DNA of 64,000 bases from Bacteroidia bacterium (lineage in GTDB: Bacteria; Bacteroidota; Bacteroidia; SpSt-205), in contig JAOAHZ010000007.1 of assembly GCA_026414975.1 (NCBI GenBank), forward strand, positions 70,727 to 134,726, read 5' to 3'. The position numbers were made by a program, and so were the translations under genes. A model generated the notes under the pieces. That model did not search any database. It was not told where the DNA came from and saw nothing but the letters and a program-made list of their open reading frames with translations. Below are positions 39,153 to 49,041 of this stretch, in pieces; position 1 is the first letter of the stretch; every line of letters starts with the position of its first letter.

Positions 39153-39467
39153 TTATTTAGACTGAGCGGGCGGCAAGGTTTCTACAATATTGGAGGTACG
39201 AGTCTTTATTTCACCTCCGCCGCGCATTCCACTATGGACTGCATGGATGAGCAAAGTAAGTACCACTAAGGCTCCAAATAGCACCCATGTCGCCTTCTCA
39301 GCAAAATCAGCCGCATGCCGCACTCCTAATATCTGGGAGGCTTGGGCCACCCCCTGAATGTCCGTGGCTAAACCGCCTCCTTTGCCCTGCTGAATCAACA
39401 CTAAGAGCGTAAGCAGAATGGCATCCACTACCAGTAAGAAAATAAGTACGCCTAAAACGAAACCCAT
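39153..39467 (-). CDS. secG: Preprotein translocase subunit SecG
   Basis: VLIQQGKGGGLA, ILGVR, DFAEKATW. Confidence 0.9.
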   Translation of the reverse strand: MGFVLGVLIFLLVVDAILLTLLVLIQQGKGGGLATDIQGVAQASQILGVRHAADFAEKATWVLFGALVVLTLLIHAVHSGMRGGGEIKTRTSNIVETLPPAQSK

Positions 39468-39471
39468 ACTG

Positions 39472-39489
39472 CAAAGGTAGCTATATTTG
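39472..39489. promoter_or_regulatory. Back-to-back -7 elements for secG (TACCTTTG, -) and the RidA gene (TATATTTG, +)
   Basis: CAAAGGTA-GC-TATATTTG; 4 nt to the secG ATG and 3 nt to GTG 39493. Confidence 0.75.
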
Positions 39490-39492
39490 TGG

Positions 39493-39945
39493 GTGTATCG
39501 CTGGAGTTGGAGCGCAACTTTGTTGCTCTGGGCTCAGGAATCGCCTGAAAAGGCTTATACTCGCGCAGTGGAGTGGATTTCTCCTCCAGGTATCACGCCA
39601 GTAGGACCTTATAGCCCGGCGGTTCGTATAGGCCCCTGGCTATTCATCTCTGGGCAAATAGCCCTTCGTTCAGATGGCACATTAGAGAAAACCTCCATTG
39701 AAGCTGAAGCCCAACAAGTCTTGAATAATCTGCGCACCATCTTGGAGACCGCCAACGCATCCCCAGAACGCATCGTGAAAGTTACTATTTTTCTCACCGA
39801 CATGGCCTTTTTCCCCATCGTAAACAGCCTATATGAGCGATTTTTTCCACAAGGTAAATATCCTGCCCGGGAAACGGTGGCTGTTTCAGCTCTACCCCGA
39901 GGGGCTCGCATAGAAATATCCGCCATCGCCTATTTAGGCGAATGA
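39493..39945 (+). CDS. RidA/YjgF-family enamine deaminase with putative signal peptide
   Basis: GPYSPAV, ISGQI, IVKVTIFL, PARETVAVSALPRGARIEI; N-terminal ...LLLWAQ. Confidence 0.88.
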   Translation: MYRWSWSATLLLWAQESPEKAYTRAVEWISPPGITPVGPYSPAVRIGPWLFISGQIALRSDGTLEKTSIEAEAQQVLNNLRTILETANASPERIVKVTIFLTDMAFFPIVNSLYERFFPQGKYPARETVAVSALPRGARIEISAIAYLGE

Positions 39946-41639
39946 GACGACTTTTGGCTTCCTTCTGGCTTCTCGCTGGATGCTGGGGGCAACCTCCCCC
40001 TGCCCCACCAAGCGGGCTTGATTCGGCTTTGCTAAGACCTGACACCTCCTATCCTTTTCTCAAACTACACCTCAACACCATCACGCTGGCAGCCCACTTG
40101 ATACCCCTGTGGGAAAAGCTCAAAACAAACGATCGGAAAGTACGCATTCTGCACATTGGCGACTCGCACATTCAAGGCGATGTACAAGGGCGTGAGATTC
40201 GTCAAAGACTCTATAAGGTATGGGGAGCTGGGGGTCGCGGCTACGTTTTCCCCTATCACGCCGCAGGAACAAGCTCGGCTTATGACTACATTAGTTTGAG
40301 TGAAGGGCAGTGGCTCTCAGCTCGCAGCGTTCAGCCCCAGCCTATCCTGCCCTTAGGGGTAACGGGGATCGCCATGGGAACCTACGACCCTACCGCTCGG
40401 TGGGAGATTCGGTGGAACCCCGCTTACTATCCTGTAGCGCCGCCAGGAGCCCGCCTTTACCTCCTTACCAGAACTCTTAGGTCAGGGATTCGCTGTACCC
40501 TTCGGGTCAATGAAACGCCTACCCCCATGGTCCGAGAGCTTCCAGGCGGCTACGCTCTGACCGAGTTTGACATACCTGAACCCCTTACAGCTCTGAAGGG
40601 AAGCTGGGGCTGGGATAGCAACGATTCTTTGGGGTATGCTGAACTGCAAGGCATCTTCATAGAAGAAGGCCAGAAAGGGCTCACCTGGTATTCCATGGGT
40701 ATAGCGGGAGCTCGCCTTTCCGATTGGGCTACACTTCCCCTTCTAAAGGAGAGTTTGCGTCAACTCCGCCCAGACTTAATCATTATGGACTTAGGAACGA
40801 ACGACTTATACCCTACTCAGGCTACGCTGACCGCTTTTCGTCAGGCCGTAGAAGCGGCTATAGACACCATCCGCAGCGCCCTACCGAATGTATGCATTCT
40901 CTTTACGACACCTCAGGACTTTTACAGAAGCATGCGTCCGCTTCCCCTCTTGGAGCAGGCTTCTCGTTTGGTTCGGTGGATCGCCTCTCAGAAAGGTGTC
41001 GCTGTCTGGGATGGTTATACGATTTTAGGTTCGATTCGTGAATGGAGGTTAGCTGGTCTGGCCGCCCCTGACATGGTGCATTTGACAGCTGCGGGGTACG
41101 CCCTCAAGGGTCAGCTCTTAGCCTCAGCTTTTTTGACAGCCTACGAGCGATACCGACTTGGAAACCTCCCGCCAGCTGACTCCGAAATGGTTGATTATGC
41201 GCCGCCCTCCGAAACCTACACGCCTCCCTCCATCCCTCTCACCCCATCTATTGCGCGATTTGGCGGAAATTCCGATCCAGCAACCTACACCCCCCCTCGT
41301 CCAACTTACATTTATCACCGGGTCCAACCAGGAGAAAACCTCGGGCTGATCGCTCAACGCTACGGCACTACTGTGAATGCCATTCGTCAGGCCAACGGCT
41401 TACGCGGTCATCTCATCCGAGCAGGGCAAACCTTACGCATTCCTGCTAAGGCTTCCGCCCCACCCTCTATCCCCCAGAGTCCTCCTGCTACCTCGTCGCG
41501 TATTCATACCGTGCAGCCTGGCGAGTCTCTATGGGTTATAGCCCAAAAATATCGTGTCTCCATAGAAGCTCTCTGCAAGGCGAATGGACTTTCGCCTCGA
41601 ACCACTATCCATCCAGGACAAAAGCTAAGAATTCCCTAA
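39942..41639 (+). CDS. SGNH/GDSL hydrolase (peptidoglycan O-acetylesterase-like) with two LysM domains
   Basis: HIGDSH, LGTND, DMVH; two LysM repeats (HRVQPGENL, HTVQPGESL). Confidence 0.88.
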   Translation: MRRLLASFWLLAGCWGQPPPAPPSGLDSALLRPDTSYPFLKLHLNTITLAAHLIPLWEKLKTNDRKVRILHIGDSHIQGDVQGREIRQRLYKVWGAGGRGYVFPYHAAGTSSAYDYISLSEGQWLSARSVQPQPILPLGVTGIAMGTYDPTARWEIRWNPAYYPVAPPGARLYLLTRTLRSGIRCTLRVNETPTPMVRELPGGYALTEFDIPEPLTALKGSWGWDSNDSLGYAELQGIFIEEGQKGLTWYSMGIAGARLSDWATLPLLKESLRQLRPDLIIMDLGTNDLYPTQATLTAFRQAVEAAIDTIRSALPNVCILFTTPQDFYRSMRPLPLLEQASRLVRWIASQKGVAVWDGYTILGSIREWRLAGLAAPDMVHLTAAGYALKGQLLASAFLTAYERYRLGNLPPADSEMVDYAPPSETYTPPSIPLTPSIARFGGNSDPATYTPPRPTYIYHRVQPGENLGLIAQRYGTTVNAIRQANGLRGHLIRAGQTLRIPAKASAPPSIPQSPPATSSRIHTVQPGESLWVIAQKYRVSIEALCKANGLSPRTTIHPGQKLRIP

Positions 41640-42604
41640 AGCAGGCCTAAGCTGCGAGCACTATCTATCCACCTGTCCTTTGGAAGGGGAACTACCCCCA
41701 CATATTCACACACGAGTCCCCCTGCCAAGTTGGCTAAAGCCACAGTTCGCTCTAAAGGAAATCCCAGAGCCAGCCCAACCGCCAAGACGCTGATGACCGT
41801 ATCGCCTGCTCCCGATACATCTACAATATTGCGGTAATGAGCTGGTATGTGGATGAATCCCTCTCCTTCTCCAAAAGCCAACACGCCCCGTTCGCTGAGC
41901 GTAACGACTGTGTAAGTGTGAGGCATACGATCACGCAGGCGAAGGATCGCCTCTTGAATGGCTGGTAGAGAGGCCTCAGCGAAAGAAAGACCCAAGGCTT
42001 CACCCAGTTCTCGGAGGTTAGGCTTGAAGAGGGTAACCCCCTCATACGCCCAGAAGTTGCGGCGCTTAGGGTCTATCAGAAGGGGCACTTGATGGAGTCG
42101 GGCGAGCCGAGTCAGCTCTTGTATTAGAGGTTCGGTGAGGGTGCCCTTGTCGTAATCCTCCACAATGATACCATGGAGAGGCGTGCGCAGTAATGTCTGT
42201 ACCTTGAGAAGGAGGGCCTCAGCCAAATGAGCAGGTGGCGGCGTGGTGATTTCCCTATCAACCCGTAGAAGATGATGTTTTTGTGCGATGAGACGCGTCT
42301 TGACGGTCGTGGGACGCTCAGGGTCCGTGACCAGTCCATAGGTTTCTATACCCCACTGTTCTGCTTGTTCTCTCAAGAGATCTCCGGCAGAATCTGCGCC
42401 TACCAATCCCGATAAAGTAACTTGGGCCTCTAAACTGCGTAGGTTGAGCGCTACATTAGCAGCTCCCCCCAGCCGATTCTCTTCTTTCTCCAGCTCAAGG
42501 ATAGGAACGGGGGCTTCCGGTGAGATGCGTTGGACGCGTCCGTAAAGATACCGGTCTAACATCACATCCCCCACGACTAAGAATCTCAACTTTGAGAGTT
42601 CCAT
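41636..42604 (-). CDS. Heptose-7-phosphate kinase (RfaE domain I / HldA), PfkB family
   Basis: VGDVMLDRY, RISPEAPVP, LGGAANVA, DYDKG, DPK, KPN, DVSGAGDTV; ATG 42604 is 6 nt from TACCTTTG. Confidence 0.9.
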   Translation of the reverse strand: MELSKLRFLVVGDVMLDRYLYGRVQRISPEAPVPILELEKEENRLGGAANVALNLRSLEAQVTLSGLVGADSAGDLLREQAEQWGIETYGLVTDPERPTTVKTRLIAQKHHLLRVDREITTPPPAHLAEALLLKVQTLLRTPLHGIIVEDYDKGTLTEPLIQELTRLARLHQVPLLIDPKRRNFWAYEGVTLFKPNLRELGEALGLSFAEASLPAIQEAILRLRDRMPHTYTVVTLSERGVLAFGEGEGFIHIPAHYRNIVDVSGAGDTVISVLAVGLALGFPLERTVALANLAGGLVCEYVGVVPLPKDRWIDSARSLGLL

Positions 42605-42771
42605 GCGGCTCAAAGGTAGGGCTACCGAAAGGCATAAGACGAGTGAGTACCTTCAAGAAGGCCTCAGGAGCTGGGGTGGAACTCCTCAGTCAGATTCCCT
42701 ACCCAAGCTACTTGACAGCTAAGCACTGGACTAAGAGAGCGTAGGGAGACGCTTGACTCTCTTTTCTTTCC

Positions 42772-43293
42772 CTATTTCACTGCCGAACCTTCCTTCACTG
42801 ATTCAGGCGACAGAAGGGGGCTTTTTCCGAAGATATCTTCTATTTTCTGGCGGCGATAGCTAAATATTTCCTCGAGACGAGGTCGGATGAGGATCGGATG
42901 AACTAAGCGGCCTATCAGTCCTGCTGGCAACTTGTAATGCACTTGGTCTGTCATCAAAACTCCCGTCTCAACAGGATGAAACTCATGACGATGATGCCAA
43001 AATGCATAGGGCCCAAAACGCTGCTCATCTACGAAGAAATATGGCGGTTCCCCTTGCCGAGGCCCGTAAAGGTGAGTGATCTCGGTAACCCATCGCATCG
43101 GCAGCCCAAAAAGAGGTCGCACAATGTACTCTATAATCACACCAGCTTCCATGACTGAAGGCACTTCAGAGAGAATATCAAAGCCCATATAGGGTGGAGT
43201 GATAAGTTTGAGGTTTTCGGGGCGAGAGAAAAAGGGCCAAACCTCCTCTATCGGGGCAGGAATAAGCTGCTTTTGAATCAGACGGTACAACAC
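42772..43293 (-). CDS. SRPBCC-family protein
   Basis: WPFFSRPENLKLITP, WVTEIT, FVDEQRFGPYAFWHHRH, IFSYR. Confidence 0.88.
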   Translation of the reverse strand: MLYRLIQKQLIPAPIEEVWPFFSRPENLKLITPPYMGFDILSEVPSVMEAGVIIEYIVRPLFGLPMRWVTEITHLYGPRQGEPPYFFVDEQRFGPYAFWHHRHEFHPVETGVLMTDQVHYKLPAGLIGRLVHPILIRPRLEEIFSYRRQKIEDIFGKSPLLSPESVKEGSAVK

Positions 43294-43350
43294 GCCACTA
43301 TAAACAAAACTCCAACCACCAAAGGCAGCCTAACTTCGTACCTTTGTAGA

Positions 43351-44493
43351 GTGAGCGAGCCGATTTACTTAGACTACGCTGCCTCTACGCCTCTGGACCC
43401 TGAAGTAGAGATGCATATGCTGCCCTACCTCCGGACAGTGGGCAACCCTTCCTCTATTCATAGCATGGGTCGGCGACTGCGTGCAGCGATAGAAGAAGCT
43501 CGCGTCACCATTGCTGAGCTCATTGGAGCTGATCCAGGTCAAATAGTCTTCACCAGCGGAGGAACAGAGGCAGATAATCACGCTTTGCGCGGTGTGATTG
43601 AAACTAAGGGTCTAAAGCACATCCTCTACAATCCAACCGAACACCATGCTGTACTCCATACCATAGAGCACTTAGTTCAAAGCCGGGGCATACAGGCCCA
43701 TCCTATTGTGGTAGATGCGGTCGGTCGAATAGACTTAGACCACTTGGAGGAGCTACTGCGCCGCTATCCCCATAGCGTCGTAGCCGTCATGTACGCAAAC
43801 AACGAAATCGGTACGATCCAACCTGTAGAGGAAGTTGCTCAGCTTGCCAAGGCCTATGGCAGCTATTTTTTATGCGATACCGTACAAGTGGTAGGATTGG
43901 GATGGATTAATGTCCAGGCATGGCCGGTGGATTTTTTAGCGGCATCGGCTCATAAGTTTTATGGACCAAAGGGCGTAGGCTTTCTATACCGAAGACATCC
44001 CATCCAGAGTCTCATTACGGGAGGCGGACAAGAGCGGGAGCAGCGCGCAGGTACAGAAAATGTAGCGGGCATCGTAGGTATGGCTTTCGCTCTTAAGAAG
44101 GCTTACGCCAATCGTACCTCCTATGAAGCGCATCTCAGAACTATCAAGGCTTACCTTATAGACAAGCTGCGCCAAGCCTTTCCCGAGATTATATTTCACG
44201 GGGACATTCGTCCAGAAGGAGGCCATCCTGGTATTTTGAACTTTCGCCTACCTCCGAAAGTCGGACATGACCTCATCCTGATTCAGTTAGACCTTGAAGG
44301 GGTTTGTGCGTCGGGCACCTCAGCTTGTGCGTCAGGTAGCGCTCACCCTTCTCGTGTACTGCAGGCCATCGGTATTCCCGCCTCTGAGGCTTCTCTGGCA
44401 ATCCGATTCTCTTGGGGCCACGGTATTGAGAAAAGACACATAGACACCGTGGTAGATATCCTGCGCACCCGTATTGCCATGCAAGCCGTATGA
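43351..44493 (+). CDS. Cysteine desulfurase (IscS/NifS group I)
   Basis: IYLDYAASTP, GNPSS, FTSGGTE, NNEIG, SAHKFYGPKG, GTSACASG; GTG 43351 is 4 nt after TACCTTTG. Confidence 0.92.
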   Translation: MSEPIYLDYAASTPLDPEVEMHMLPYLRTVGNPSSIHSMGRRLRAAIEEARVTIAELIGADPGQIVFTSGGTEADNHALRGVIETKGLKHILYNPTEHHAVLHTIEHLVQSRGIQAHPIVVDAVGRIDLDHLEELLRRYPHSVVAVMYANNEIGTIQPVEEVAQLAKAYGSYFLCDTVQVVGLGWINVQAWPVDFLAASAHKFYGPKGVGFLYRRHPIQSLITGGGQEREQRAGTENVAGIVGMAFALKKAYANRTSYEAHLRTIKAYLIDKLRQAFPEIIFHGDIRPEGGHPGILNFRLPPKVGHDLILIQLDLEGVCASGTSACASGSAHPSRVLQAIGIPASEASLAIRFSWGHGIEKRHIDTVVDILRTRIAMQAV

Positions 44494-45992
44494 ACCTTCC
44501 CGGCTTAGAAGAAAAATACGAGATCATCCGTCCGCTGGGAGAAGGAGGAATGGGTGTGGTCTATTTAGCCCTTCAGAAACCCATAAACCGAAAGGTAGCC
44601 ATCAAGTCTATAGCTCCGTATTTAGCCCGAGACCCTGCTATCCGAGAGCGCTTCGCCGGAGAAGCTGCCGTCTTAGCCCGCCTCAACCATCCTAACATCG
44701 TTACCCTGTACGATTACATAGAGGAGGAAAAAGCTCTATACCTTGTCATGGAATATGTGGAGGGTCAGTCTTTATCTGACCTCCTGAAAGCAGGTCCGCT
44801 CCCTATGGAGCTGCTACAGAAATACTTTTCACAAGTCTTGGATGCTTTTGCTTATGCTCATGATCAAGGTGTGATCCACCGCGATATCAAGCCTGCCAAC
44901 ATTATGATTACCGCGGGGGGAAGGGTGAAAATCTTAGACTTCGGTGTGGCTCGTATCCTTCAGACGGATCACTCCCTTACGCGCACAGGCATGCGTTTAG
45001 GTACCCTCATGTACATGAGCCCCGAACAGATTCGAGGGGAAAAAGACATTGATCACCGATCAGACATCTACTCTCTCGGCGTCGTACTGTATGAGATGCT
45101 CACTGCTCAACCTCCCTATCCTCCCGATATTAGTGAATTTGATCTAAGCTTGAAGATTGTCCAAGAGCCGCTCTTTGATCTGAGCCATCCTCCGGCTGTT
45201 ACCCCAGCTCGCTTGATAGAGGTTATTCTAAAAGCCACAGAAAAACGACCCGACTATCGCTACCAGCATTGTAAAGATTTTCTTGGGGAGTTTGAGGAAG
45301 CCTTCAGCGAAGCGGGGGTCTCATCATCCCCCCTTCCCCCTACCCAGATCCAGTCAGCTCCTTCTCCTAAATCCCTCTCTCGTCGCATTTCTCCCTTAGT
45401 TTGGATAGGAATTTTGGTTGGATCGGGCTTAGGCGTAGGAGCGTGGTTCATCTGGAAGAAGAGCGGACAAAGTCCCCCTCCTTCTGACACAACTTTGATC
45501 AGCACTCCTGAATCGACTCTAAAGGCACTTAACCAGTCGCAGATGGATACGCTTATGAGTCCTTCCAAAAAACCCGACACGATAGCGATTCCCCATCCTT
45601 CTCAAAAACCTACACCTACCCCTGCATCTCATTCTACGCCTAAGGTTGGAAAGAAAAATTCTTCTGCCCCCTCTTCGAGATCGGAGCCCCAGGCTTCATT
45701 GCCTCCGCCTGAACGCAAGCCCCTCATTCAAACCGAAATCCAAAACTTCAAGGGAAGCTCCTTTATTCAGCCCAAAGCTAAGGGCACTATAATCGTGCGC
45801 AATGTGGGACAAGGTGATGCTAATCTCGTCCAAATTGCCATCCACTTTATGAATAAAAAGGGGGAGGTAGAATATACAGATACCCTAACCTTAGCCGAAG
45901 TCAAAGCCGGAGACTCACTAAGTCGACCCCTGCAGGCCCGAGTCAACGGCATCAAGTCTCTGCAAGTGGAGGTCATCACCCCTCGTCCTTGA
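44490..45992 (+). CDS. Hanks-type Ser/Thr protein kinase, single TM with extracytoplasmic domain
   Basis: GEGGMG, VAIK, HRDIKPAN, DFG, MSPEQ, DIYSLG; TM LVWIGILVGSGLGVGAWFIW. Confidence 0.93.
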   Translation: MNLPGLEEKYEIIRPLGEGGMGVVYLALQKPINRKVAIKSIAPYLARDPAIRERFAGEAAVLARLNHPNIVTLYDYIEEEKALYLVMEYVEGQSLSDLLKAGPLPMELLQKYFSQVLDAFAYAHDQGVIHRDIKPANIMITAGGRVKILDFGVARILQTDHSLTRTGMRLGTLMYMSPEQIRGEKDIDHRSDIYSLGVVLYEMLTAQPPYPPDISEFDLSLKIVQEPLFDLSHPPAVTPARLIEVILKATEKRPDYRYQHCKDFLGEFEEAFSEAGVSSSPLPPTQIQSAPSPKSLSRRISPLVWIGILVGSGLGVGAWFIWKKSGQSPPPSDTTLISTPESTLKALNQSQMDTLMSPSKKPDTIAIPHPSQKPTPTPASHSTPKVGKKNSSAPSSRSEPQASLPPPERKPLIQTEIQNFKGSSFIQPKAKGTIIVRNVGQGDANLVQIAIHFMNKKGEVEYTDTLTLAEVKAGDSLSRPLQARVNGIKSLQVEVITPRP

Positions 45993-46687
45993 TGCGAACT
46001 TATTGGAAAGCCTCCCTGAGTCCAGCGTATAGTTTTTTCCTATCCTTGGTGCTGCTGGTGGGGTATGAGGGCCTCATGCGACTCACAGGTGGAGAGCTGA
46101 ACGATCGGAATCTGATTGATCAATGGCTCACACGCTTCCTAAGCTGGGCAGCACCTTACGAGTGGATGATTTCATTAGCGGTAGCTTTATTAGGGTTAGC
46201 CTACGTATATGGAATCCGACGAGAGCGGATAGAGCTTACTGAGTGGGTCTTCATCGTGATGGTAGCTGAAGCGGCGGCATGGGCTTTTCTGCTCTATAAA
46301 GGGCTACCTCTCTTGACGAGTCGTTTTCAGTCGGCTATCTCCGCTCAGCTGGCATGGCTTACTTCGGAATTGTGGCGGAGCATAGCGCACTGCTTGGGCG
46401 CTGGGTTCTACGAGGAGCTATTCTTTCGGGTTCTACTGGTAGAAGGCCTATTGATGTTTTTCACTGGACTGCGTTACCGAAAGGCGAAAGCTCCCCATCT
46501 AATGGGAGCATGGATATTATCCGCTGCTTTGTTCTCAGCCGCACACTTCTTCCACGAGGACATCACAGGGTATGCCTTTTTATACCGTTTTATTTTTGGG
46601 CTTCTGATGAGTGGGCTCTACATCTTAAGGGGATTTGGCATAACCGCATGGACCCATGCTCTATATGACATCTATGTGATAGCATGA
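45989..46687 (+). CDS. CPBP (CAAX protease/Abi) family intramembrane metalloprotease
   Basis: AGFYEELFFR, FSAAH, THALYD. Confidence 0.88.
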   Translation: MMRTYWKASLSPAYSFFLSLVLLVGYEGLMRLTGGELNDRNLIDQWLTRFLSWAAPYEWMISLAVALLGLAYVYGIRRERIELTEWVFIVMVAEAAAWAFLLYKGLPLLTSRFQSAISAQLAWLTSELWRSIAHCLGAGFYEELFFRVLLVEGLLMFFTGLRYRKAKAPHLMGAWILSAALFSAAHFFHEDITGYAFLYRFIFGLLMSGLYILRGFGITAWTHALYDIYVIA

Positions 46688-49041
46688 AACTCGGGCAGCT
46701 CTGGCGCAGTACAGAGATCGCTGAGATAGTGGGTGGAGACCCCTCTCCGAATGCCAAAGAGGTAGTTGTAGAGCATCTATCTTGGGATACACGACGCTTG
46801 GGAGGAGAACGACGAAGCCTATTTATAGCGCTGAGAGCCCAGCGAGATGGTCATGAGTTTCTTTCGGATGCCCTACGGCGAGGCGCCGTCCTTGCCCTCG
46901 TAGAGAAGCCTCCTTCTGTACCCATCCCTTATATTCTCGTCTCAGACACGTGGCAAGCTCTCTTTCGTTGGGCCTCTACCTGGCGCTCCAGGCTGGACTA
47001 TCCTATACTGGCGATAGCTGGGTCCGTCGGCAAAACTTGGATAAAAGAATGGTTGGCTTACCTCTTAGAAGGGGAGCGGCGCACCTATCGCAGTCCAGGC
47101 AGCTTCAACAGCCAGCTAGGGGTACCCTTGAGTCTGCTAAGCTTTCCCCTCAAAGGAGACCTTGGGATCGTAGAAGCCGGCATTTCTGCCCCAGGAGACA
47201 TGGCACCCTTGGCACAGCTGATCCGTCCCCAGTACGGTATCCTATCTCCGATAGGTAGGGGACACGATGAAGCCTTTCCTAACTTTGAAGCTAAACTTAG
47301 AGAGAAACTTTCGCTCTTTCATCAAGCTGAGTGGATAATCGCCCTTCATCAACCTGAGACGCAGGCTTACTTGAAAGAGCTCCCCCATGTACAGTTAGCG
47401 GGGTTTTCTTCCACAAGCAGGTTTATTTGGGAGCGTATCGGCCCATCTGAGGGGCTCTGGCATGTATCAGAAAAAGACAAGTATCCCATTAGGTTGCCTG
47501 CGGACAGCTTGCCCGTCTGGCAAAATGCTCTCTTAGCCGCCGCAGCAGCTTATACGCTGGGCCTGTCTATAAGCCATTTGCAAGAGCGGCTTCCCACCCT
47601 ACCTGCCATCCAGAGTCGTCTTCAGTGGATTCAAGATGGGAGTGGGCGTCTCTGGCTCAACGATACTTATCACGCTGACGCCTCTTCCGTGGCGGTCGCC
47701 ATAGAGGAGCTCCGTACTATACCCCTCCAGCCCAAAGCAGCCGTTCTGACCGACTTCTCCCCTTACACCGTAGAATCGCATGAAGCGGCTCTCCAAAGCC
47801 TCAGAGAGTTCCTACCAATAGACCATATCCATTTGATCGGAGAGGTATTTCAAAAAGTTGGTCATGAGCCCGCCTACCCTTCGGTGGAAGCCTTTCTCCG
47901 GACGGCTCGTTTGCCTCAGCGAGGGGCCATCCTTCTCAAGGGCAGTCGGCGCTTTCGTTTAGAAGAGGCTCTGAAACGCCTCATGGGGTATGGACCTGCG
48001 CCAGAACTGCATGTAGATTGGGAGAAAGTTTATCATAACCTACTCTACCTGCGAGCTCGGCTATCTCGTCAGACACGCATCATGGGCATACTCAAGGCGG
48101 AAGCGTATGGCAGCGGTGACCTCCTCATGGCCAGTTTTTTAGAGCGGCAAGGTATTGCCTACATTGGTGTGGCCTACACTCGCGAAGCGATACGCCTGAG
48201 AGAAGCAGGGATACGCACTCCCATTTTAGTCTTTTATCCCGGCGAGGTGCCTCACTCAGTATTCTTAGATTACGGCCTAGAAGCGGCTGTAGGTACCCTA
48301 AGAGCTCTGGAATACTGGGCCGGGAAAGTACCTCTTCATTTAGAGTTTGACACGGGGATGGGGCGCATGGGATTGATGCCTACTCAGCTTCCAGAAATCC
48401 TGAATCGCCTGCGCGGAAGCGTCGTCCGAGGGGTCTTCACGCACTTGGCAGAGGCAGCTCACCCCGAACACCCCCTCACAAAGCAGCAGCTGACTCTTTT
48501 CTCGGAGATATATCATGCTGTGAAAGCGGCTTTCCCCGAAGCGCTGGGACATGTTCTGAATACAGCTGGTATCTTATCTATGGGCGAGAAAGCAGCCTAC
48601 GACATGGTCCGAGTGGGCATAGGTCTATATGGGATTGGAAAGGGCTTGCAAGAAGCAACCCGACTATGGGCACCCATCCTAAGAATAGCCCCCATACCCC
48701 CGAAACAACGACTCAACTATGGCTTCTCCAGTGAAGTTCCCGACGGCTATGAGGTGGCTACAGTGGCTATTGGCTACGGCGATGGGCTCCCCCGAAGCTG
48801 GGCGGAACGAGGAGCCCGAGTATTTCTTCATGGCGAACCGTGCCCGATCTTACCTCCCCTCAACATGGACCTTACGCTAATCGCTGTACCCACTGGCTTA
48901 GCGCAGGTAGGGGATAAAGTAGAAATATGGGGGCACCATCGGTCTCTTGCCTGCTTAGCCCAAGAAGCCCAAACTATTCCCTATGAGCTGCTGGCGCGGC
49001 TCTCACCTCGGGTTTATCGGCTATATTCATGGGGCGCCTGA
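46684..49041 (+). CDS. alr: MurF-like domain / alanine racemase fusion
   Basis: DTR, GSVGKT, FNSQLGVP, EAGIS, KGSR; Alr KAEAYGSG, DTGMGRMG, RVGIGLYG, IGYGDG, NMD, TIPYE. Confidence 0.88.
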   Translation: MKLGQLWRSTEIAEIVGGDPSPNAKEVVVEHLSWDTRRLGGERRSLFIALRAQRDGHEFLSDALRRGAVLALVEKPPSVPIPYILVSDTWQALFRWASTWRSRLDYPILAIAGSVGKTWIKEWLAYLLEGERRTYRSPGSFNSQLGVPLSLLSFPLKGDLGIVEAGISAPGDMAPLAQLIRPQYGILSPIGRGHDEAFPNFEAKLREKLSLFHQAEWIIALHQPETQAYLKELPHVQLAGFSSTSRFIWERIGPSEGLWHVSEKDKYPIRLPADSLPVWQNALLAAAAAYTLGLSISHLQERLPTLPAIQSRLQWIQDGSGRLWLNDTYHADASSVAVAIEELRTIPLQPKAAVLTDFSPYTVESHEAALQSLREFLPIDHIHLIGEVFQKVGHEPAYPSVEAFLRTARLPQRGAILLKGSRRFRLEEALKRLMGYGPAPELHVDWEKVYHNLLYLRARLSRQTRIMGILKAEAYGSGDLLMASFLERQGIAYIGVAYTREAIRLREAGIRTPILVFYPGEVPHSVFLDYGLEAAVGTLRALEYWAGKVPLHLEFDTGMGRMGLMPTQLPEILNRLRGSVVRGVFTHLAEAAHPEHPLTKQQLTLFSEIYHAVKAAFPEALGHVLNTAGILSMGEKAAYDMVRVGIGLYGIGKGLQEATRLWAPILRIAPIPPKQRLNYGFSSEVPDGYEVATVAIGYGDGLPRSWAERGARVFLHGEPCPILPPLNMDLTLIAVPTGLAQVGDKVEIWGHHRSLACLAQEAQTIPYELLARLSPRVYRLYSWGA

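Noticed and set aside
46684..49041. MurF-Alr fusion as a novelty (likewise the GH3-beta-lactamase and E1 alpha/beta fusions)
   Set aside because: These are well-known Bacteroidota architectures
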